Origin: Dimorphilus gyrociliatus
Taxonomy: Eukaryota > Animalia > Annelida
Length of the DNA: 64,000 nt
NCBI GenBank assembly: GCA_904063045.1
Contig: CAJFCJ010000020.1
Coordinates: 1,108,916 to 1,172,915 of the forward strand
Direction: 5' to 3'
Below the pieces are notes generated by a model that saw nothing but the letters and a program-made list of their open reading frames with translations, did no database searches and was not told where the DNA came from. The position numbers were made by a program, and so were the translations under genes. How positions within the stretch are numbered: position 1 is the stretch's first letter; each line of letters starts with the position of its first letter. Shown here one piece after another: positions 40,395 to 49,719 of the stretch.

Positions 40395-41115
40395 AGTATG
40401 TATATATACCTTTTATATACATATATAACGGATATTGTTTTAACAATATAGTATACACCGGTTTGTGATAAATATATAAAAATATTGCGTATATTTCCGT
40501 ATATACTATATGTATTCGAAAACTATGGAAGGTTAAGTGCCCGTCACCTTTCTATCGATCAATTAGACAACATTCGCGCTAACATTCGATTTTTATTGTT
40601 TGTGTTTTTTCGTGGCTTTGTTTACTAAAACTCACCATCCGCGAGTTCTGCAATCGAATAGGTCTACTCCGTTGTCTGGTAATTGCCATCGCATTCCTAC
40701 GATGCGTATATATATATATATATATACTGTATATATATACTTATGCATAAATTTAGGTTAAGAGTGGGACATATGATATGATTTTGTTCTGCTTTTTTTG
40801 TTATTATTAACGCGTAATTAAAGTATCGACTAACCTTATTCAGATCGAAAAAGCTAAGGAAATAGTAAGACTTCAAAAGTGAGATTTATTCGAACGAATG
40901 GGTAAAAAAAAATACTTAAAACTTTTGATCTTTAAAATGTTGATATTATATACTGTCTATAAATTTATATTATTTCTTTATCGTTTTCTTTATTCTCATT
41001 TTTTTCTAATCTTTTCCTCTCTTTCACTCTCTGTCTCTCTATCTATATTCAAAATAGATTTTTTTCTATCTCTTGTGAGAGCTTACTCTTTCTATCTCTC
41101 TCTCTCTCTCTCACT

Positions 41116-41146
<31 letters not shown>

Positions 41147-44100
41147 TCGTTTATTCTACTCCTCTGATTTTATGTTGTTTGCACAAGAAAAAGGAGAAAT
41201 TATATGAATTTTTATGGGGCTGACTTGGATACGGAATTACTGCTTTCCGGTGGAAAATTACCCTGTAGACGTCAATGACGCTCCCTCAGCCCATTCGTTC
41301 GAAATCTGTATGTTCGTGATTGTAATTCAAAAAACTGAATAGTCTGCTTTTGATACAAGTTTGGAAAAATTGACTAAAAATTCTCTTATGGAATGGTCTA
41401 TTCATTCCATTTTGTTCAAGTATTCGATTAGTGCTTATATAAATAAGAGTATGTATAATATATAAGTGGTAAAATTCATTTATATAAATTTCTATATATA
41501 GTATATAGATGTATACTGTATCAAAGATGTCTATATATCTTATATTATCTTATTTGTTTGAGTAGAGATGGTGATAAGAGAGAAAAATAGATAAATACCT
41601 GGATAATTCCTAAAAAAACCGGTGGCTGATCCAAAATATTGCCACGTTAGAGTTGGATCTTTGTCGTAATTTTTACGGAATTGCTCATCCAATGCTTCGC
41701 TCCAGGCTACTCCATTTAGAACTTCATCAGCTGTTTTTAAAAAAAGATCAATTGACCCACTTAAAAGTTTACGATATCATTGAAATTCTGAAGGATAAAT
41801 GTTTAATAGTGTGTAAAATGACGACAGCTTTTTAGCTCATTAAGATTTAATAGTTGGGTGGTGTGAAAATGCTTTTTGCAATTAAGAGCTTCTGACATAG
41901 GAACGTAGATGTGGGCATGACATTTGCCAGACATCCCTTTTAATACTCTAAATTAACTTAATTATCCTGATTTTAACAAAGTTTACTTACATTCATCATA
42001 CACGTTTGTTGGTACATGGACAGAACTTCTATTCAAGTTGACTTGTACATTATTAAAATGTTCATTCTCTTCCATTACAAATTCAGATTCATTTAATTTC
42101 TTAGCCTTCGGATAGTTTCGATCAATATTCTCGCCATCAGTGTGATTTGCAAATGCCTCTTCAGCGACCTTAACCAAATCTTCTATTGCTTGCACTTTAT
42201 TTTTCAGCATATCTTCCACGTTCTTCTTCATTTGCCCTATCAATTTTTCTCCATCAATCTCTCCGAAAATGTTCTTTCCGAGAGTGGCATCCACAAGAAA
42301 AGACTTAAGATGAAAATTGAGTGGAGAGAGAGAGAGAGAGAGGGAGAAAAAAGTTAAAAAAAAGCATTAGAAAAAATATGAATGAATAATTAAAATTATA
42401 CACACTGTACTGAATATATATACTTAAAATGTATGTATATACATATATATTTACAATAAATAAGTGCTAATATACACAGCGTTGCCCATATTTGCCTGCA
42501 ATCTATACATTATAAAGTATATAAAATGTATTAATTTAGCTGTATAATTCCATACATACAGACTATATATATATATATATACAGTATATATATTTATATA
42601 CAAACATATATAAGATATATTTAACTCTTTACATAATCCTACACTTCTTCAAGAAGAGAAAATAGGTTTAATTTAAAAAAAGAAAGTCTTTTTATATAAT
42701 TGCTCTTCCTAGAATTTACTTAATATTATAATTAATCAATGTTGGTATGTAAATGTGAAATAACGTTCTAAAAGAGAAATCTGCTTCGGTTAATATTATA
42801 TCAGTCAATTCGTGAGAATAAATCACATTCCCAAGAGTGACAAGAATGATTAATCGTACCAAATATTATATTAGACTGGGCTATTGTACTTAAATCCTTA
42901 TTTTATGGTGATGACAACAACCTTTAACCTACTATTTTCCTTTAGGTTTATTTCGCAGTTTTTTTTTTACCATCTTCTCTTCTTCCTCCCATACCGCCCT
43001 TTTCACGCCCCTTTCTCTAATATTATTTGCGTTGTTAATATTTTATATAAGGAAAAATTTATCTTAGCTGGAATTGAATATTTTTGACACTTTTACCGTA
43101 GAGTTGATATGTAAAAAGAAATTTAACACATTCGCTACTTTTCCAAGTGAAATGCTAGACAATTTTTCTATTGCCATCACGATATAGAAAATGACAACTC
43201 AAGTTTTCATTTCGCTTGCTCTAGTTTATCTACTCTTTACCGTAAGCTTATATTTAATAAATAATAAATGTCACCACCCACAAACTATACTTCCGTTCTA
43301 TCTTAGGGCTTTTACACAAGCCATTTTCCTCATTAAAACGACTTTTGTGATACTTTCTGGAGAGTATTATCTGAAACAAGCTAATTGACGAATACAAAAG
43401 GAATCCTACCTACGTCGAAAACTTCCTATTTATTACATCTTAGATATAAATCTATTGAAATTGTATAATATATGTTGTAAGTCTGTGGAATTGATATTTT
43501 TCATGTTTGCAAATTGTTTGTGACATTTCTGCATTAACACCTTTATTAATATTTATGAGACTGCAACTAGGTCTAGAGGCGTAAACTTTAAGACATATTT
43601 TAGTTAAATGAGCAGCAGTACGTAGATGACGTCCATTGCGTCTATACTAATTGAATAGAACGCCCGTTACAATGAGTAAATCAAATTAGCTCTCTTCCTA
43701 AAATATCAACTACAGTGTTTCCTTTCCGATCCTTTGATAATACGTTGACTAAAAACTAAATTAGGAATTCTTAATGAAAAAATTCTATTTGAAAGGCAGG
43801 AAAGCGAATTAAAATACTGATTAGCTAATAACATAGTTACTATTTAAGAGTTTCAATCTCTTAGTCGGCAATATAAATATGGGATTTATAGAGAAACTTT
43901 TGCAAAAGTTACGCTTCAGGGAATCTTAAGCGGGAAAAAGTTTTCACTTCCGCCGATTGGTTTGAAATCGAGTAGACGCTTTTTTTGTGCGACGAGGCTC
44001 GTTAACAGGATGCACTAAAGGTAAATTTATCTCATAAAATTTTCAACTCCTATATTACCGCAAAACATATTAACAATCTCTAATAATCCGTTGCTAACAG

Positions 44101-44646
44101 CGACTCAAAATCGATTCTCCGATTTTTTCCTCTCTGGACGAGACCGTCTATTATTTAGACGCCGCTCTATCGATCCCGAAAAATAGGCCTTTACAATACA
44201 AACATACAACATACAAACACAAACAAAACTTACCGTTTTAACATCGTGTATGGCGGTCAGTGTGTCAAATTTAGTTTCCAACTTTTTCCCCCATGCCTCA
44301 GCTATATTGCGAGCCCTAAAGATATGAAATGGAAAACACATTTAAAAGAGGATAAAGTCACTTATCCCTTGATAAAGAAAGGAGAAAAATTGCTGTAGAC
44401 AGCCATAGAAGTAGTACGAGAATATCAATGAAATATTATAGGTAATAGTAAATTCTCTTGCAGTGCAAGCCTCTCTTTTTCTTTTTAATTTTACACTATA
44501 TAAAATTAGGTGCGCCAGTCTCTCGTAAAAGCTTCCGAAGAGTCTAAAGGGATTGAAAGGCGTTACCTGTTTCCATCAATTTTCGGGTAACCTGAAAAAG
44601 TAGGTAGGAAGAGATGGGTGATAAGTAGCAGTGAAAATAATTCCAT
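29776..44646 (-). CDS. CACNA2D: Voltage-gated calcium channel auxiliary subunit alpha2delta (signal peptide, VWA_N, VWA, dCache, delta, GPI-type tail), more than 20 exons
   Basis: Signal exon 44567-44646 ([19 protein letters not shown]). [31 protein letters not shown] (intact MIDAS DxSxS), [58 protein letters not shown], hydrophobic C-terminus; stop at 29776-29778. Confidence 0.92.
31519..31698 (-). CDS. Candidate symmetric (phase 1-1) 180-nt alpha2delta cassette exon, or alternative terminal exon reading on to stop 31385
   Basis: Pyrimidine tract plus AG at 31699-31700. Open in the alpha2delta frame; GT at 31518. Both flanking exons are phase 1. Confidence 0.5.
34382..34411 (-). CDS. 30-nt alpha2delta microexon ([10 protein letters not shown])
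   Basis: CCGCTTTAG acceptor, GTAATT donor, phase 0-0, no stop. Confidence 0.65.
34656..34751 (-). CDS. alpha2delta duplicated exon, pair 2 copy B ([32 protein letters not shown])
   Basis: CTCTTCTAG acceptor, GTGATT donor, 96 nt, phase 0-0. Paralogous to 35704-35787. Confidence 0.85.
35704..35787 (-). CDS. alpha2delta duplicated exon, pair 2 copy A ([28 protein letters not shown])
   Basis: TCCCAG acceptor, GTATAT donor, 84 nt, phase 0-0. Confidence 0.9.
37759..37790. repeat. (GA)n microsatellite; a similar tract lies at 42325-42341
   Basis: Read directly. Confidence 0.85.
39818..39881 (-). CDS. alpha2delta duplicated exon, pair 1 copy B ([22 protein letters not shown])
   Basis: CACAG acceptor, GTAAGG donor, 64 nt, phase 1-2. 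Paralogous to 40636-40696. Confidence 0.88.
39965..40014. repeat. (AT)25 microsatellite
   Basis: Read directly; lies in the intron between the pair-1 exons. Confidence 0.95.
40208..40391. repeat. Two (TA)n microsatellites (40208-40234 and 40343-40391)
   Basis: Read directly. Confidence 0.95.
40636..40696 (-). CDS. alpha2delta duplicated exon, pair 1 copy A ([21 protein letters not shown])
   Basis: CGTAG acceptor, GTGAGT donor, 61 nt, phase 1-2. Confidence 0.9.
40707..40726. repeat. (TA)10 tract occupying the polypyrimidine-tract position of exon 40636-40696
   Basis: Ends about 10 nt before the exon start on the minus strand. Confidence 0.9.
41093..41148. repeat. Compound (TC)n + (TCGT)n microsatellite
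   Basis: Read directly. Confidence 0.9.
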
Positions 44647-46034
44647 ATTATGAAATCATAACTTTCAATTCTTTTAGATGTCCGCAGACCGATTTCCGCC
44701 GTATTGTGAGCTGTGTCTGGAGCTCGAAAGAAAATCAATCAGACTGCAGACTGAAAAAAAACGCCACCTGTTGGTTACATTGATTTCTAAACTCTGTCAT
44801 ATATTCTAGTTTTTCTAGTTTTATGCATTGTTTGTAGGCTTTCTTTCGTATCAGTAGTTTTAAGGTCTCGTTCCAAGGTAAACTGATTAATTACCTTCTC
44901 GTTTTTTTCTACTTTATTATGAAGAGAGGTCTCTATTTGAATTGTTTGAAGCCAGAATCAAACCCTCGGGATTGGTAAGTAATGCTCGGTAATAGATAAA
45001 GCGAGCATCTAATCATCCACCACTGCAACGTAAAGTTCATTAAGCGAGAAAAAATTATCTAATTATAAGCCTCATATTTAGGAATTCTTCGCATCCCCTC
45101 ACTAAACATTTAAACAATAACTAAGTAAATTAATTTCCAAAATTCATTAATATATTAATTAAATGTCTAAAAAATTTCTATCTAATTACTATAAAATTCT
45201 TTATATTACAATAATAAGCAATATTTAACATATTCAATTAAATATAAACAATACTAAGTGAAATATCTAGATCAATAACCAAACATTAACACTATTAATT
45301 AATAGAACCATACAAAAAATTAATTAAAACCTCATACACGAAATTCTACAGAGGTAATTTTAGAATTTCATAATTAATGATATATCGTTTTTCATGTTGT
45401 CAATTTTTTACTCTAATAAAATTTCCTCTTTTTACTCTATCACTGCCATTTTATTGTTATTTTGTATATATATATATATATATATGTATATATAAATACT
45501 GTATATATGGGAAAATATTATCCTATAGCCCGCCTAAACGATAATTCCATTTTAGGAAGAGAGTGGTATGCAATGACCTATAAAGGTACCGGAAGAGTAC
45601 GACGTGATATTGACGATGGAACTAAAATGTGGCATACAGTTTATATATATGCAAAAAAAAGAAAAAAAAAAGCAAGTCATATCAATTCATAAAATATTAA
45701 CAAGATATATAAAATTAATTAATTCTATTGGTAATCCTTAAATCATATATTGTATACATTTAAGCTGTACTCTTCAAATTGAATATCAACTAAATTGATG
45801 ATATTGTCGAATCAGCAGAAACAATGAAATTTAAAAGAATAAGAATAATTAAATATTTATTAGTGTATGACTAGGACTCGTTACCTATTCCTTAATTCTA
45901 TGAATAACTACAAACAATTTCCTTTCGTTGGGTAAATAAGATAGATAAGAAAGAGACAGAGGGCATAAATATGAAAACGTTAATATATTTAATGTATATA
46001 TATATATTTATATTTAATGGTTCATTGCCTTTTC

Positions 46035-47006
46035 TCATTGATATTCAGAGCCAATGGTAAGGCTAAAATAATCTTTTTCCACTCTTGTATTGTGGTACCA
46101 CCAGTTTGTATCTATCACAAAAATATCTCCTGCTTCCAGGTTTATATCGAAATTTTTACACTCCATCTCGCATTCAAAAGTTGGATAGATCTGCCATGTT
46201 TTTTTACCAATAATTTGAGCTTGCCACGAAGGAACGCCAACTTGATCTATATGAACCGGAGCGGCAGATCCGCCGCTTCTACCAAAACCCATAAATAACC
46301 AAACTTGTTGAGTATTTAACGATTTTGGTAAAAATTCTGGGCTTATAAAATATTCTTGCAGAAGATTCTTATTTACATAATCGTCGCAACTCGAAAAGCC
46401 TATGTACCATGCAGGCTTACCAGTTTCCGCACGCTCCTTTGGCATATTGAAGACGTTTTTGATACTAAGAAAGCCCGATCCGTAATCTAGAAACTGGCAT
46501 GTTTTGAAGTAATCTAGAACAGTTTCATTGTCAAAAAACTGCTTAAAGAATTCATAGGAGAATTCCGTCGAAGCCTTCCATTTTCTAGTTGCATTCTTGA
46601 CAAGAAAAGGCACAATTGAATAAGCTAATTTCTCTGCCTCATCCTCGGGAACATGTCCGTCGAATGTTGGTATATTTTGAATATCAGAGCAAATTGAACA
46701 GTTAACAATAGGCCTAATAAGTTCGCTTGGTATCGAATTAATTTCTACGAGGCAAATTTCAGAACGGAGATATTCTCTAACAGATTTTGTAACTTCATAT
46801 TGGTATTCAACTAAAAATGAACATAGTACAATCATAAATGAAAGAACAATCAAGCATAATCTTTTTAACTTCCTTTTCCGGTTTTCTTGTTTTTTAATCT
46901 CATATTCGCAGAGACTATTTATTTCCTCTTTGTCATTTAAACTCAGACTCTTGCAAATATCATTAACTGTCTCAGAAAATAATTTGCGAGCTTCTGACTT
47001 CTTCAT
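46035..47006 (-). CDS. Single-pass membrane JmjC/cupin-like 2OG-Fe(II) oxygenase-family protein, intronless
   Basis: TM segment LCLIVLSFMIVLCSFLV, Cys-rich RPIVNCSIC, WYIGFSSC, HID...GKKTW...LEAGDIFV...WYH (HxD...H triad). Confidence 0.8.
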   Translation of the reverse strand: MKKSEARKLFSETVNDICKSLSLNDKEEINSLCEYEIKKQENRKRKLKRLCLIVLSFMIVLCSFLVEYQYEVTKSVREYLRSEICLVEINSIPSELIRPIVNCSICSDIQNIPTFDGHVPEDEAEKLAYSIVPFLVKNATRKWKASTEFSYEFFKQFFDNETVLDYFKTCQFLDYGSGFLSIKNVFNMPKERAETGKPAWYIGFSSCDDYVNKNLLQEYFISPEFLPKSLNTQQVWLFMGFGRSGGSAAPVHIDQVGVPSWQAQIIGKKTWQIYPTFECEMECKNFDINLEAGDIFVIDTNWWYHNTRVEKDYFSLTIGSEYQ

Positions 47007-47214
47007 TACTTAAAAGCTTCTTCAGCTGTTGACACGATACAGAATTAGACGGAAAGAATAACAAATTCTCATGACAACTAAGGCCAGATTATTACTTCCG
47101 CAAGAGGGCGTAGACCGACTTTAATACTTACATGGATAGAATTTTGAATAAAATGAAAGCAGGAAAAGAACACTAGAGAACGTTTATGGTATTCATCAAA
47201 AAAATTTATTTACA

Positions 47215-47913
47215 TTAAGAAGCTTTATTAAAATTCTTTGCAATGATGTATAGTTCAGTAGAATCACTTCTACTAGCTGGAGGTTTAATGTACTTTACCT
47301 GCTCAAAGCATGTTTTTAAACCTCTTAAAAGTAAATCTTGTTTTTCTCCTTGTAAAATTTTTACAAGAAAGTGTCCACCGTCATTTAAAACGTTTATACT
47401 AAATTTTACCACTGATTCGCACAAAACCATAATGTTTTCGTGATCAAGACTCCTTACTCCAGACGAATTGGGTGCCATATCACTTAGTACAACGTCTGCT
47501 TTACCACAATTAAGAGTTTTTAATACTTTCTGCTGAACTACAGCCTCAGTAAAATCAGAGCAGCTGAAAAAAGTAGCTCCTTTTATTTTTTCTATTGACT
47601 TTAAATCAATGCCAATAACTTGACCTATTTTGGCATTAGGAATAGAACCATCTGCGTTCACTTTTTTAACAGCCACCTGACTCCAAGAGCCTGGAGACGC
47701 TCCGCAATCTACTACAGAGAATCCTGGCTCTAAAATTCTATGTTTATCATCAATTTCGATTAATTTATAAGCACTTCTACATCTATAATAATCAGTTTTC
47801 GATTGCTTAACGTAACGATCATTTAATTGTCTCTTCAACCAACGTTGCTCATTAGTGGACTTTCCTTTTATATTCTTTGGCACAATTTTAAAAAGAACTC
47901 TCGTAAACTTCAT
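47215..47913 (-). CDS. MRM2: Mitochondrial rRNA methyltransferase 2 (FtsJ/RlmE family), intronless
   Basis: WLKRQLNDRYV, YRCRSAYKLIEID, DCGASPGSWSQV, DVVLSDMAPN, LVKILQG, KPPASRSDSTE (K-D-K-E tetrad). First in-frame ATG is at 47913; the true start is uncertain. Confidence 0.9.
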   Translation of the reverse strand: MKFTRVLFKIVPKNIKGKSTNEQRWLKRQLNDRYVKQSKTDYYRCRSAYKLIEIDDKHRILEPGFSVVDCGASPGSWSQVAVKKVNADGSIPNAKIGQVIGIDLKSIEKIKGATFFSCSDFTEAVVQQKVLKTLNCGKADVVLSDMAPNSSGVRSLDHENIMVLCESVVKFSINVLNDGGHFLVKILQGEKQDLLLRGLKTCFEQVKYIKPPASRSDSTELYIIAKNFNKAS

Positions 47914-48077
47914 ATCACATGTGGTCGAAAAAAATGAACGCACCGAAATCAAAGGGATACCATGGTTTCGTTTAGGAAATTGTTTCGTTCTCCCGATAAT
48001 TGCGCAAGTTAAGGTCAATGTCAATTTCTGTGACCCGAAATTATTTCCATGAGTTGTTAAGTTAATATAGGTTTAAA

Positions 48078-49719
48078 ATGGTTACTAGTAGTTTTTTGAG
48101 GCTCACTGCATCAGTAATTTTCTGGAATCGCAATCGATGCAATTGCTTTATAAAAAGAGCTTGCAGTAGTAAGTCTTACCTCTATTTCTTTCTAGGAATA
48201 TTGCAAAACAAGTATACTTTATGGTTTTTTATGTAGCTAATCATCCAGTGGAATATGTTGAAAAGTCTAAAAGTCACGTTGTGGAAACCGAAGCAGAGAA
48301 AAAGTTTAAGTATGTAATGAGTAAAGTTCCACAGCCAGTTGTAGTTGTAACAACTGCTAAAGAATCAAATGATGATCAATTGATAAAAAGAGGAGTGACT
48401 TGTAGTTCTTTTACAAGTGTATCTTTAAAGCCGCCAATCATATCATTCTGCATGAATAGGCCAAGGTAAGTTAATTAGTATTTTCTCTATGAAATGTATT
48501 TAATTAGTCCAATCCCAAAAGCCGAATGCACGATTTACTATTACAAACTGAGCTATTTGCCGTACACGTTTTGGCTAAGGACCAAGTTGATTATGGAATA
48601 CATTTTTCAAAAGCATCTCTGAATGGAAAAAACCAATTTGAAGAAATTCCCCATATAATCAATAAACAAGCAAGCTTTTTCCCTTATTTCTTTCATTCTG
48701 AAACAACGCTTATATAGGATAATATTCTATAGTCGATTTTTTCTTGTACATACATAGAATTTGCCAATAATTGAGAATACAAGCGCAGTTCTGCTCTGTA
48801 ACTATCATTCGGTGACAACAATAGGTAATAAATGAAGTCTAATCGTTTAATACTATTTTTTAAATCTTATTTTAAATTAAGGTGATCATCACGTATGGTA
48901 CGGCTTAGTACGCAATGCAGTTGTAAATAATCAATCTGAAGAAGCTCTTTTATATTATTCGAGGTTTTTCAAAGAAAATTCTTTTTTATATATTATTATA
49001 TACATATAAAGTAGAAAGAACTGCATTTAGTAACAAATCTTACATATTTTCTTAGATCTTTCCACTCGATTGGAGATGAAGCTTTTATGCAAGCTTTTGA
49101 GAATAAAACTTTACCATTTAAAGATTGGACTCATGAAGGTCATTTACGATTAGCCTGGAATTATATTCGGTTATATGGAAAAGAGAAAGCTACGCCTTTA
49201 ATTAGAGAAGGAATACAAAGATATAACGAAGAGAATAAAGATAAAGTCAGTTTTGATACTCTCTCCTTATGATAAAAAATATTTAATAATTCATCATTTA
49301 TCTAAAGATTAAGCACGGATATAATGAAACAATAACCCAGTTCTACATTTTTCATGTGTCAGAAGCTATTAATCGCTATGGTCACCCAGATATAACTTTT
49401 GAGGAGTTTTTACGCTTAAATTCACATTTAATCGATCCCCAACTCCCCTTCAAGTATTATTCTCTTGGAGTAATACAATCCAGTCATGCTAAGGAAACGT
49501 AAGTTATTGTTTAACAAAAAATATGTATCGAATGAAAGCTTTGTTCTTTTTCCCATTAAACATATTCGTATCTTTATAAAATTCATTAAAATTTCTTTCA
49601 TTTTGTTTTTCTGTTTATTTTTATAAATTTTACGAAATAATTATGTAAAAAGTCCTTTATTCTTTTCTTTTTTTTCTCATTACAGTTTCGTCGCACCAGA
49701 TAAACAGACTCTAGTTTAA
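48078..49719 (+). CDS. Mitochondrial-targeted flavin-reductase-like (HpaC/RutF type) domain fused to a C-terminal helical domain of unknown function; 8 exons, 343 aa
   Basis: Exons 48078-48168, 48237-48465, 48522-48669, 48758-48824, 48882-48963, 49056-49245, 49308-49498, 49686-49719 sum to 1032 nt in frame. PQPVVVVTT, GVTCSSFTSVSLKPP, FAVHVLAKDQ, GDHHVWYG; then FENKTLPFKDWTHEGHLRLAW...YNETIT...YYS...FVAPD. Confidence 0.85.

Noticed and set aside
39793-41167. ORF-track entries with YIYIYI or SLSLS/VRSF runs
   Set aside because: Produced by stop-free (TA)n, (TC)n and (TCGT)n microsatellites. The real coding signal here is the minus-strand exons.
45520-45640. GC-richer coding-looking patch upstream of alpha2delta
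   Set aside because: No convincing splice-compatible frame or motif on either strand; may be regulatory.
47950-47965. GTATCCCTT resembling a U12-type donor upstream of MRM2
   Set aside because: Does not match GTATCCTT exactly, and no U12 branch point or acceptor is evident.
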